A stretch of 64,000 nucleotides of DNA from Dehalococcoidia bacterium (GTDB lineage: Bacteria; Chloroflexota; Dehalococcoidia; Bin125). The position numbers and the translations under genes were made by a program. Positions 9,903-18,801 of this stretch are shown here, piece after piece. The notes below the pieces were generated by a model. The model was not told the DNA's origin. It did not search any database and saw only the letters and a program-made list of their open reading frames with translations. The DNA lies in assembly GCA_963555985.3 (NCBI GenBank), contig OY820591.1, forward strand, positions 96,001 to 160,000. The letters are read 5' to 3'. The first letter of the stretch is position 1. Every line of letters begins with the position of its first letter.

Positions 9903-10536
9903 GGATTCCCCCTCCGGCGAGATCGAGTTGGGGTCGGTCATGGCTTTCCCGTTCCGCTTCTCTGGCGCTGATCAGCGCGTCCACATAGCGCGCGAGGATG
10001 TCGGTCTCCAGATTCACCTCGTCGCCCGCTCGGCGGTCGAGCAGGTTGGTGTGCTCCTGAGTGTATTGAACCAGGGAGACGGCAAAGCCCAATTCGTCCT
10101 TGTCAATAATCGTGAGCGAAACGCCGTCGATGCAGATGGGCCCTTTGACGATCATGTAGCGAAGCAGTTCGGGCGGCGCGTCGTAGGAGACGACGATCGC
10201 GTCGGCCTCCGGGCGGGTGTCGCGGAAGGCGCCGCGCCCCTCAACCACGCCGCGCACCAGATGCCCGCTGAGCCGATCCATCGGCCGCACCGATCGCTCC
10301 AGGTTGACCCGCGCTCCCGCTCCGAGTTGGCCCAGATTGGAGCGGCGGTAGGTCTCGGGCATCACGTTGGCGAGGAAGCGATCGCCGTCGATTGCAGTGA
10401 CGGTGAGGTCAACGCCGTTAATGGCGATGGAGTCGCCGAGCTTGGCGTCTGCGAGGATGAGGGGAGCGTGGATCCAGAGGAGTCCGTCGTCGGCTTGGTC
10501 GATCAGGCCGACTTCTTCGATGATGCCGGTGAACAC
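9895..10536 (-). CDS. ribE: Riboflavin synthase alpha chain
   Basis: N-terminal MFTGIIEE, GDSIAINGV, VNLE repeats. Confidence 0.95.
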   Translation of the reverse strand: MFTGIIEEVGLIDQADDGLLWIHAPLILADAKLGDSIAINGVDLTVTAIDGDRFLANVMPETYRRSNLGQLGAGARVNLERSVRPMDRLSGHLVRGVVEGRGAFRDTRPEADAIVVSYDAPPELLRYMIVKGPICIDGVSLTIIDKDELGFAVSLVQYTQEHTNLLDRRAGDEVNLETDILARYVDALISAREAERESHDRPQLDLAGGGIHD

Positions 10537-10624
10537 GTGCGCCTCCTGGGTTTGGGGTCATGGTACCTGGGAGGCTGGCTTTTGGGCGTTGGGGCGTCCC
10601 CTCGCCCCAGCTCCTTCCGCCTAC

Positions 10625-10935
10625 CTCCGTCATACCCGCGCCCAGAGCTCCGCCATCCCCGCCCCAACAAGCTCCGTCATACCCGCGCCCCGTCGCGGAG
10701 CCTGTCCCCGCGAAGGCGGGGATCACTCGCCGCGACCAGCACCCCAGCCCCGGCCGCCTCCCATTTCCGTCATTCCTGCGCAGGCAGGAACCACGAACCT
10801 CCCAACCCCCAAACGCAAATCAAAACCCCCGCCGTACCCCGACCGCCCCAAACCCCAACTCCCCTCTCCCCCCTCCGCGGAGCCTGTCCCCGCGTAGGCG
10901 GGGAGGGAGATGTCCCGTAGGGACAGAGGGGGGGG
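10625..10935 (+). repeat. Cluster of REP-like palindromes (families A and B), left flank of the terminase module
   Basis: Several CCGTCAT(A/T)CC.GCG units plus CTCCCC..GGGAGATGTCCCGTAGGGACAGAGGGG; bounds approximate. Confidence 0.8.
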
Positions 10936-11039
10936 CGCCCCTCAAATGCCAACCACGACACACCCCCAAATTACCCACCCGAACACCCATCCATATAAGA
11001 TCAAGTGTCCTTCATTGAGCAAGAGAGGAACCCGGACCC

Positions 11040-11396
11040 ATGCCCTTCAACTACAGCTACCAGTCCGCCATGGCCGGCGTCGGCGAGCTCGCCTTCTCCA
11101 AGCGCGAACCCGGCTACGTCCGCGCCCAAGCCTTCGCCATCCTGCGCCGCGAACTCTCCCCCGCCAACCCCAAGAGCCGCGAGATCCACTACGCGCTCGG
11201 CATCGAACCCCACCCCGAGCCCCCGCCCCGGCCCAACCATTCCCCCCACCTGCCCGAAGCCCCGCTCACCGCTGAGCAGCAGAAGGAGTTCCACCTCCAC
11301 TCGGTCCACGCCCAAGCAGCCGCCCTCATGCGCGGCGAAGACGTCCCCCTGACGGAGGACGAGGAAAGCGAAGAGGAAGAGGATGAGCCACAGTAA
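11040..11396 (+). CDS. Hypothetical protein with acidic tail; occupies the small-terminase position
   Basis: GAGG SD; clear paralog at 63582-63950; 3' end overlaps the terminase start. Confidence 0.8.
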   Translation: MPFNYSYQSAMAGVGELAFSKREPGYVRAQAFAILRRELSPANPKSREIHYALGIEPHPEPPPRPNHSPHLPEAPLTAEQQKEFHLHSVHAQAAALMRGEDVPLTEDEESEEEEDEPQ

Positions 11397-12804
11397 TACC
11401 CCCAGCTCAAAGCGGGCGGTCGTTGCGTTCGACCGCTTGCACAAGTCTCGCGGTTTTTTTCCGACGGACAGACAGCGCGAGCTCTGTTGCGCAGTCGCTA
11501 CCGTGCCCAATCCCGGCCTCGCCCTGGTCGGCTACGGCGGCGCCATGGGCGGCGGCAAGACCCGCGCCCTGGCCGAGCTCGCCCTGGACGCGGCCTTGAT
11601 CTTCCCGGGCAACAACATCCTGCTCGCACGCGACACGTTCACAGACCTCTACACCACGACCATGGGCGAGTTCCTGCGCATCTGCACCGCAGACCCCGAC
11701 CTCACTGTCCAACGCCGCAGTTCACCCACCCATTCCCTCACGGTCAGCAGCCTCCAGTACTCGAGCGAACCCTCCACGATCCACTTTCGCCATCTCTCCG
11801 ACTGGACCGGACTCGGCTCCCAGCAGTACGGAACCGTGCTCATAGACGAAGCCGGCGAAGTGGCCGAAGAAGCCGCCCAAATGCTCTTGACCAGACTCCG
11901 CCACCCGGCCCAACCGCAACGCTGGTTCGTGGCCGCCTCCAACCCCCATCCAGGCTGGTTCGAGCGCTGGTTCGTCCAACGCGAACTGAACAAAGCTGAA
12001 CTGGAGCACGCCGGCGGACAAGCCCGCTTCATCCCCGCCAAGATCGAGGACAACCCCTATCTCCCGGACAACTACGCCGAGCAGCAGCGCGCCCTGCTCC
12101 CGCCCGACTGGGTCGAACGCTTCATCGAGGGCCGCTTCGACGCCTTCGACGGCCTCGTCTACCCCAAATTCGACCCCAAGCTGCACTGCTGGACGGGACG
12201 CCTACCCAGCTTCGAGCGCTACATCGGCGGCCTCGACTTCGGCGCTCAGACCGAGCAAGCCCACTACACCGCCGGCATCGTCGCCGGCCTCACCGCCCGC
12301 TACGCCGTCTGCGGACCCAACGTCTTGATCCGCCTGGCCGAGTTCGAGGACAGAGGCCCCGGCGTCACCCAGCGGCTCGAACAGTGGATGCTCCAGTGCC
12401 GCCGGCGCTTCGGCTCAATCAGTTGGAACGCCGACCGCAGCCAATCCGCCTGGATCGACCATCTTCACCGCCGCGGCCGCGACATCCGTCCCAGCCGGGG
12501 CGGGCCCGGCTCCGTCCACCAGGGCATCGGCCTGGTCCAAGAGCGGCTCGCCGCCGACCCGCCCCAGTCCTTCTACACCCCCGAGCTCGTCCAGTTCCCG
12601 CGCCGCATGAGGGAGTACCAGTGGCGAGACCCCCGCGCCGCCAACCCCCAACCCCGAGACCGCGACGACGACCTCCTGGACGCCGACCGCTACTGCCACG
12701 AGCTGGCCCAACCCCAGCCCCAAGCCCCAACCACCCGGATCGAGTTCTTCCACCTCCCGCCCGTCGACCGCGGCCGCATCGCCAGCATGAGAAACCAGCT
12801 CTAA
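11383..12804 (+). CDS. Phage-type terminase large subunit (ATPase plus RNase H-like nuclease)
   Basis: FPTDRQ adenine motif, Walker A GGAMGGGKT, Walker B VLIDEAGE, ASNP coupling motif, DNPYL, nuclease GLDFG and DDLLDADRY. Confidence 0.9.
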   Translation: MSHSNTPSSKRAVVAFDRLHKSRGFFPTDRQRELCCAVATVPNPGLALVGYGGAMGGGKTRALAELALDAALIFPGNNILLARDTFTDLYTTTMGEFLRICTADPDLTVQRRSSPTHSLTVSSLQYSSEPSTIHFRHLSDWTGLGSQQYGTVLIDEAGEVAEEAAQMLLTRLRHPAQPQRWFVAASNPHPGWFERWFVQRELNKAELEHAGGQARFIPAKIEDNPYLPDNYAEQQRALLPPDWVERFIEGRFDAFDGLVYPKFDPKLHCWTGRLPSFERYIGGLDFGAQTEQAHYTAGIVAGLTARYAVCGPNVLIRLAEFEDRGPGVTQRLEQWMLQCRRRFGSISWNADRSQSAWIDHLHRRGRDIRPSRGGPGSVHQGIGLVQERLAADPPQSFYTPELVQFPRRMREYQWRDPRAANPQPRDRDDDLLDADRYCHELAQPQPQAPTTRIEFFHLPPVDRGRIASMRNQL

Positions 12805-12819
12805 CCCATGCCCACCCAC

Positions 12820-13172
12820 AATTCCGTCATCCCCGCCCCCAAGAATCTCCCCCTCAAGGGGGAGATGCCCCAACGGGGCAGAGGGGGTGAAACGCCACCC
12901 CCAGCACAAACGCCCCCAACCAACCTCCCCTCTCCCCCTCTGCGGAGCCTGTCCCCGCGCACGCGGGGAGGGAGATGCCGCGCAGGCGGGGGACAGAGGG
13001 GGGTACCCACCCCCAGCATCCAAGCCCCAAGCAACCCCCAAGGAGACCTGCGCGTAATCCCAAATTCCGTCATTCCAGGCTTGACCTGGAATCTCGTCCA
13101 GAATTGCAGACTATCTGGTCGGAGCGAGATTCCAGCGTTCGCCGGAATGACGAGAGCAACGGGAATAGCCAA
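12820..13172 (+). repeat. Cluster of REP-like palindromes, right flank of the terminase module; includes an intact REP doublet at 13065-13172
   Basis: Family B units at about 12844-12892 and 12928-13003; CCGTCATTCCAGG..CCTGGAATCTCG...CGAGATTCCAGCG..GGAATGACG. Confidence 0.8.
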
Positions 13173-13180
13173 GTGAGGCG

Positions 13181-14773
13181 CTACTCGGTGAGGGCTTTGA
13201 TGAGGGTGTTGAGGCCGTTGGGGGATTTTCGGTAGTAGCGGTAGCCGGCCTTGCGCCAGCTATCGGCGGTGGGGGCGTTTCGGGAATGGAGCGGGGCTGT
13301 GATCCATTGGCGCTCGCGGCCTTGTGCGGAAGCTTCGGAGGCTTCGCGGAGGCGTTCGGCGGCGCTGGGAGCGGCGCCTGCTCGGAGAGTGAGGCAGACC
13401 AGTTCGGCGCTCTCGCGCTCGGCCGGCAGACGCAGCGCGGCCACGCCGAGCGCGGGACGTCCGCGCTCGGCGCTTGCCATCCAGAGCACAGCCTCGCCCC
13501 GCCGAGCCTCTTCGAGCAGGGTTGCGGCCATGGGCGGAAGTTGGGCGGCGGCCAAGAGTTCATCGATCTCAGCTGCGTCGGCGGGGCCGGCGGGACGCAG
13601 GCGGATATCGAGTTCGTGCTCGGGCGGCGTGGGATAGCCGCTGATCAGGAGGTCGTCGCCCAGCTGCTCGACGCTGAGGCCGGAGAGCCGGAGCGCGTCG
13701 CGCATCCGCTCGGCGCCGCGCCCGCGCACGGCGGTCTGAGCGTCGCCGCCGATCAGCATCGGCGCGACGACGGCGTGGACTTTGTCGATCAGGCGTTGGT
13801 CGAAGAATGCGCCCAGGACTTCGCCCCCGCCCTCGACCAGCAGGTGGACGACGCCGGCCTGCTGTCCGAGCTGGTCGAGCAAGGGTTCGAGGGGGACGCG
13901 CCCGTGCTCGGCGGGGAGCGTGAGCACGCTGACGCCGCGCGCTTCGAGGCTGACGCGCCAGTCTTCGGGCGCAGCCTCGGTAGTCGCGATCAGAGTGGGG
14001 GAAGTGTCGATCCCGTCCAGGATGCGCGCATCGAGAGGAGTGCGGCCGCGGCTGTCGAGCACGACGCGGAGCGGTTGGGGCACGGGTCCGCGCCAGTCGG
14101 CGGGGCGGGCGGTGAGTTGAGGGTTGTCGAGCAGGATCGTGCCGACGCCGACCAGGATGGCGTCGAAACGGGGTCGGTTCTGGTGCGCCCAAGCGAGCGT
14201 CTGAGGACCGGAGATCCAGCGGGAGTCGCCGCTGACGGCGGCGATCCGTCCGTCGAGCGAGGCGGCGAACTTGGCCGAAACGAAGGGGCGTCCGCTGCGG
14301 CGGTGATGTTGGTACGGCTCGTAGTGTTGCGCGGCCTGGGCTGCGTCGTCGCCGACGCTGACGCTGATGCCGGCCTTGCGGAGTTGTTCGAGTCCGCGTC
14401 CGGCGACTTGGGGATCGGGGTCGAGGCAGGCGACGACGACTTGGGCGACGCCGGCGCGGATCAGAGCGTCGGCGCAGGGCGGGGTGCGTCCCTGGTGGGC
14501 GCAGGGTTCGAGGGTGACATAGAGGGTGGCGCCCCGGGCTTGGGCGCCAGCCTGGCGCAGGGCGACCGCTTCGGCGTGAGGGCCGCCCGGGGGCTGGGTC
14601 GCGCCTTCACCGACGATCCGGATCGATTGGCGGCGCTCGTCGCTGCGGGGGTGTTGGACGAGGACTGCGCCGACGGCGGGGTTGGGGCTGGTCCAGCCGA
14701 GCGCGGAGCGGGCGAGTTCGAAGGCTCGCGCCATGGGGCGGGAGAGTGCGGGTTGGGCGGGCGTGGTCGTCAT
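13181..14773 (-). CDS. ribD: RibD deaminase/reductase with a C-terminal GNAT-like extension
   Basis: PNPAVGA, HAE, TLEPCAHQGRTPPC, SLDG, DNPQLTAR, VEGGG; about 145 extra residues starting IRLRPAGPAD. Confidence 0.92.
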   Translation of the reverse strand: MTTTPAQPALSRPMARAFELARSALGWTSPNPAVGAVLVQHPRSDERRQSIRIVGEGATQPPGGPHAEAVALRQAGAQARGATLYVTLEPCAHQGRTPPCADALIRAGVAQVVVACLDPDPQVAGRGLEQLRKAGISVSVGDDAAQAAQHYEPYQHHRRSGRPFVSAKFAASLDGRIAAVSGDSRWISGPQTLAWAHQNRPRFDAILVGVGTILLDNPQLTARPADWRGPVPQPLRVVLDSRGRTPLDARILDGIDTSPTLIATTEAAPEDWRVSLEARGVSVLTLPAEHGRVPLEPLLDQLGQQAGVVHLLVEGGGEVLGAFFDQRLIDKVHAVVAPMLIGGDAQTAVRGRGAERMRDALRLSGLSVEQLGDDLLISGYPTPPEHELDIRLRPAGPADAAEIDELLAAAQLPPMAATLLEEARRGEAVLWMASAERGRPALGVAALRLPAERESAELVCLTLRAGAAPSAAERLREASEASAQGRERQWITAPLHSRNAPTADSWRKAGYRYYRKSPNGLNTLIKALTE

Positions 14774-16095
14774 GTCGCGCGGCGGCGGTTGAGGTTCCAG
14801 AGGAAGGCCCAGAGCAGGAGGGCGGCGACGGTGACGGCGGCGAGCGCGATCTGGACGGGGGTTTCCCAGCTCGGGTCGGCGCTGAATTCGCCTGCCGCCT
14901 GGGGCCGGGCGGGGATGGGCCAGTCGTCGGCGTGGCGATCGGCGCTGCGGTGGACGGTGCGCTGGTCGTGGTCGGGGATCTGGATGCGGCGGACGCGCTC
15001 TCCGTCCTGTCCGGCTGTGGAGACGACGATCACGCGAACGGGTTGGGGATCGTCCGGTTGGTCGTCGCTGAGGGCGGCGGGTTCGCTCTGCTGCTCGGGC
15101 TCGGCGACGGGTTGGCTCTGCGCTTCGGCTTCGGGTTGGGCGTCGGCGTCAGTGGAGGCGGTGTCTGCGCCGGCGTCGTCTGCCACGTCTACAGCGTCCG
15201 CTGCCGGCTCAGCTTGGGCCGTCTGGTTGGTGTTGGGCGCGTCGTGCTCGGGGGTGGCGGACTGGGACTGGGACTGCCCGGTGTTGATGCCGGCGGTGAC
15301 GGCGCCGCGAGCGGGATCGCGGGCGGCCTCCTGTTGCTCGGCGGTGATGGCAGGAGGCGTGTCTTCGGCGGCGGTCTGTTCGGCTTGGGCGAGCGGCTGC
15401 GCTTGCTCTGTTTCGGCTTGCGCTTCTTCGGCTGCCGCCGGCGCAGCGGTTGGTTCAGGTGCTTGGGATTGCACCGCTGCGGTCGCCGACTGTTGGGCCG
15501 GTTCGCTTGAGGCGGCGGCGACAGTCGCGGTTTGTTCGGCCGGTTCGGTTTCGATTGGAGCGGCGGGCGGATCGGCGGCCTGGGCTGCGGACTGTTGGGC
15601 GGTCTGCGCGTCGGCGGTTGCAGCGGTCGTGACTGCGGCGGCGGTTGGTTCCGGAGTCGCGGCGAGCGGTGCGGAGCCGTCGGGATCGTCGAGCATGTCG
15701 AAGCCGCTGACGGTGGCGAGCGCGACCAGGGAGGCGACGGCGCCGGCGGTGGCGAGCCGCAGGGGGATGGCGCGGACGGCGGTCGCGCGTTCGTTGAGGG
15801 GTTGGGCATGGGCGGCGCGGGCGGCGGCGAACTGGGTTTCACTGAGCTCGAAGCTGCGGGGCAGTTCGGCCGTGGAGAGCAAGGCGAGGGTTTGCTGGAC
15901 GTGTTCGATCTCGGCGAGCCACTGGCGCCGCTCCGGAGAGTCGTCGAGGCGGGCCTGGGCGCGTTCGCGTTGGGCGGAGGTGAGTTCGTCGTCGGCGTAT
16001 GCGGAGAGTTCGGCGCGCCAGGCGCGGGTCCAGGGTAGGCGCGGCCGGAGCCGGAGTCTGAGCCCAGATCGGCGGGGTGGATTCGGACCTCTCAC
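14770..16095 (-). CDS. Putative membrane anti-sigma factor with an Ala/Gln/Glu-rich linker
   Basis: LSAYADDEL..(zf-HC2-like, Zn ligands absent), two hydrophobic segments, directly downstream of an ECF sigma. Confidence 0.75.
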   Translation of the reverse strand: MRGPNPPRRSGLRLRLRPRLPWTRAWRAELSAYADDELTSAQRERAQARLDDSPERRQWLAEIEHVQQTLALLSTAELPRSFELSETQFAAARAAHAQPLNERATAVRAIPLRLATAGAVASLVALATVSGFDMLDDPDGSAPLAATPEPTAAAVTTAATADAQTAQQSAAQAADPPAAPIETEPAEQTATVAAASSEPAQQSATAAVQSQAPEPTAAPAAAEEAQAETEQAQPLAQAEQTAAEDTPPAITAEQQEAARDPARGAVTAGINTGQSQSQSATPEHDAPNTNQTAQAEPAADAVDVADDAGADTASTDADAQPEAEAQSQPVAEPEQQSEPAALSDDQPDDPQPVRVIVVSTAGQDGERVRRIQIPDHDQRTVHRSADRHADDWPIPARPQAAGEFSADPSWETPVQIALAAVTVAALLLWAFLWNLNRRRAT

Positions 16096-16133
16096 GGTTG
16101 CTGCTCCTGTACAGCTAGACGCTGAAGCATTGG

Positions 16134-16718
16134 TCAGAGTTCCCCTCGCTCGGGCAGCAGCTCGCGCATTTTGGCGCGGGCGCGGGCGATGCGCGACTTC
16201 ACCGTACCAACTGAGACATTGGTGGCGCTGGCGATTTCCTGGTAAGAGAAGCCGTCGATGTCGCGCAGGGTCAGGGCTTGGCGCTGATCGTCGGGCAATT
16301 GGGCGAGAGCGGCGACGATTACGCGACGTAACTCGCTATCGAGCGCGCGGCGTTCGGGGGAGCGCTCTCGGCTCGGCAGGGCGTAGGCGTCGCCAAAGGT
16401 CTCCATTTGCTGGTCGATGGAGTCGGTCGGTCGGCGTTTGCGGCGTCGCAGTTCGTCGCGGCAGCGGTTGCCGGCGATGGTCAGCAGCCAACCGGCGAAA
16501 TTTCCACCGCGATAACGATCGAGCGAGCCGAGGGCGCGAATGAAGGTGTCCTGGGTGATGTCTTCGGCGGTGTCCGGTCCGACCATGCCGGCGCAGAGTG
16601 CGAAGACGCGGCGCTGGTAGCGGCGGACGAGGGTGTTGAAGGAGGCGCGGTCGCCGGCGCGCGCGGCGGCGGCGAGATCGTCGTCGCTGGGAGGCGGTTG
16701 GTCGGCTGCGCTGCTCAC
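16134..16718 (-). CDS. ECF RNA polymerase sigma factor
   Basis: AEDITQDTF, WLLTIAGN, SYQEIA..GTVKSRIARAR. Confidence 0.93.
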   Translation of the reverse strand: MSSAADQPPPSDDDLAAAARAGDRASFNTLVRRYQRRVFALCAGMVGPDTAEDITQDTFIRALGSLDRYRGGNFAGWLLTIAGNRCRDELRRRKRRPTDSIDQQMETFGDAYALPSRERSPERRALDSELRRVIVAALAQLPDDQRQALTLRDIDGFSYQEIASATNVSVGTVKSRIARARAKMRELLPERGEL

Positions 16719-16874
16719 CCTGTCCTCCGCCGCCCCGCGCCGCGCAGTCGCCCCCTGTTCACGCCAGGGGCAGGCAGTGGAGCGGAGCAGCGGCCAACGT
16801 GAATACGGGGGAATTTTATCAGGGGGCGGGGGTGTTGTGCGAGACTGGATGGAGGCTGGATTCCGGTCTCGGAC

Positions 16875-16921
16875 CTCCCTCTGTCCCTGCGGGACATCTC
16901 CCCCCGCAAGGGGGGAGAGAT
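16875..16921 (-). repeat. REP-like palindrome, family B, reverse orientation
   Basis: CTCCCTCTGTCCC..GGGACATCTCCCCCCGCAAGGGGGGAGA. Confidence 0.75.
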
Positions 16922-16932
16922 TTGGAGTTGTG

Positions 16933-17769
16933 ATGGTGTTGGTTGATCCTCGTCCGGTGGTTGCTGCGGCCTATGAGTCGGGGCGGGCGGTGGTGGCGGG
17001 GAATGTGTCGACAGTGGAGATGGTTCGGGGGTTGGTTGGAGCGGCTGAGGATGCGGAGCGGCCGATCTTGATTCAGTTCAACCGGGCGGGCTTGGGGCAG
17101 ATTGGGGGACTGGAGCTCGCGGCGGCGGCGGTGCGGGCGGCGGCGGGAGAGTCGGTTGCGGAGGTTGGTTTGCACCTGGATCACGCGGATTCATTGCAGG
17201 AGTTGTCGGACGCGATCAATGCGGGCTTCGGCTCGGTGATGATCGACGGCTCGACCTTGCCGTATGCGCGTCATGTGCAGCTGGCGCAGTCGGCGCGGGG
17301 GCTGGCGGCGTGGAGCGGTCTGCCGCTGGAGGCAGAGTTGGGGCACGTGGCGGGGACGGAGGAGGGAGTGACGATCGGGGCGGCGTCGTGGACGGATCCG
17401 GACGAGGCGGCGGCGTTCGTGTCGGCGACGGAGGTGGACTGGCTGGCGGTGGCGGTGGGGAACGTGCACGGGGGCGCGCCGATCGGTGGTCTGCACGTGG
17501 AGCGCTTACAGGCGATCCGGGAACGGGTGGCGGTGCCGCTGGTGCTGCACGGCGCGAGCGGTCTGGGGGAGGCGGAACTGAAGCTGGCGGCGGAGTTGGG
17601 GGTGGCGAAGATCAATGTGGGCACGGCGCTGCATGAGGCGATGGCGGAAGGGATGGGTTCGAGTCTGCGTGAGCGTCCGGGCGATTTGCGGCGGGCGTTG
17701 CGGAGCGGAGAGGCGGCGGTGCGAGAGGTTGGCCGGGGGTTGTTGTTGTCGAGTTGGGCGGTGGGGTGA
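16933..17769 (+). CDS. Class II fructose/tagatose-bisphosphate aldolase family protein
   Basis: LHLDH, SVMIDGS, EAELGHV, GNVHG, LHGASG, KINVGT. Confidence 0.9.
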   Translation: MVLVDPRPVVAAAYESGRAVVAGNVSTVEMVRGLVGAAEDAERPILIQFNRAGLGQIGGLELAAAAVRAAAGESVAEVGLHLDHADSLQELSDAINAGFGSVMIDGSTLPYARHVQLAQSARGLAAWSGLPLEAELGHVAGTEEGVTIGAASWTDPDEAAAFVSATEVDWLAVAVGNVHGGAPIGGLHVERLQAIRERVAVPLVLHGASGLGEAELKLAAELGVAKINVGTALHEAMAEGMGSSLRERPGDLRRALRSGEAAVREVGRGLLLSSWAVG

Positions 17770-18142
17770 GAGACGGATGTAAAGCTTGTACTTGATATAG
17801 AACGAAGGTGATTCTCGGTTGTAGTGTTCGCTGCACAGATGTTAGACTGGTCTACGTACACCGATGGCGTTTGCTCCCTGCGTGGATGGTGTACAAAGTC
17901 GAGGGAGTTCCACTCTTCCCCGCTTCCGGCGCTCACGACGGCGCTGGACTGGCGGGGAATATTCGAAGCCTCAGCTTGCGGCGATCTGAAGCTTGAACAC
18001 GGTCTGTTCCTGATAGGAGTGCAAATGGTTCGGCGGCTTGTCTCTGCGGAAGCTCGCGTGCTAAGGTAAGGAGCACTCCTCCCCGCCCTTCGGCGTCCAC
18101 CGAGGCGTCGACCTGGCGGGGGTTGTTTGCGTCCAGCCAAGT

Positions 18143-18763
18143 ATGCCTCAGCGCGTCGCCCTGTTCATTGATTGGCAGAATGCCCTGATCGGGGCTCGAA
18201 ACCTCTATCACTCCAGAAGAGGCTCGCGGCTTCCAACCGATGGCCAGTTCGATCCGGTGCAGCTGGGCGAACTGATCTGTCAGCGAGCCGGAGGAGGTGA
18301 GGACCGTCAGCTCAGTCAGGTGCGGGTCTACTGCGGGTTGGCGGATCGTCGTCTTGATCCCAAAACGCATCAGGCACGGTCACGTCAGGCGGCCGCGTGG
18401 CGAATGGCTGGCGCGACGACTGTCATGCGTCCACTGCAGTACCTGCGGGATCGTGAAACCGGCTTTCGGCGGGCACGCGAAAAGGGTATCGACGTCGCAA
18501 TCGCTGTCGACTTCGTCACGATGGCTGTACGAGGAATTTACGATGTCGGAGTCCTCTTCTCCGCTGATACAGATTTGCGTCCGGCGCTTGAGTACGTCGC
18601 ATATTTTCACCCCGAAGTCCGGGTGGAGACGGTGGCTTGGCGCGCGGACGGACGCAGCCGTCCACTCACATTTGACTCGCCGTACTCCACCTGGTGTCAC
18701 CAACTCGATGAAGTGGACTACGACCGGGTGCGCGATCTGACCGACTACCGCCCGGCTCGCTGA
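18143..18763 (+). CDS. NYN domain putative RNase
   Basis: FIDWQN, EKGIDVAIAVD, SADTDLRP; paralog of 7352-8005. Confidence 0.87.
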   Translation: MPQRVALFIDWQNALIGARNLYHSRRGSRLPTDGQFDPVQLGELICQRAGGGEDRQLSQVRVYCGLADRRLDPKTHQARSRQAAAWRMAGATTVMRPLQYLRDRETGFRRAREKGIDVAIAVDFVTMAVRGIYDVGVLFSADTDLRPALEYVAYFHPEVRVETVAWRADGRSRPLTFDSPYSTWCHQLDEVDYDRVRDLTDYRPAR

Positions 18764-18801
18764 GGCTTCGCTAGCCTGAGGGGGTTGAGAGGGGGTGTCG
18801 C

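Noticed and set aside
10540-10625. FMN riboswitch upstream of ribE or ribD
   Set aside because: No RFN consensus was recognisable, and ribD is directly coupled to the anti-sigma gene
10625-10935. CRISPR array (also considered at 32310-32526 and 63261-63470)
   Set aside because: The repeats are variable, irregularly spaced, occur in both orientations across the window, and no cas genes are present
11454-11460. T7 run as a programmed frameshift joining the small ORF and terminase
   Set aside because: The small ORF stops at 11396, before the run, and the run encodes FF of the terminase N-terminal motif
10625-13172. Prophage call based on the terminase
   Set aside because: No portal, capsid, tail, lysis, integrase or att repeats are visible, and the flanks are rib genes
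13286-16543. Long 1085-aa + strand ORF and similar shadow ORFs (7908-9971, 19663-21603, 28369-30222)
   Set aside because: Antisense to well-supported genes, with no motifs; typical of high-GC DNA
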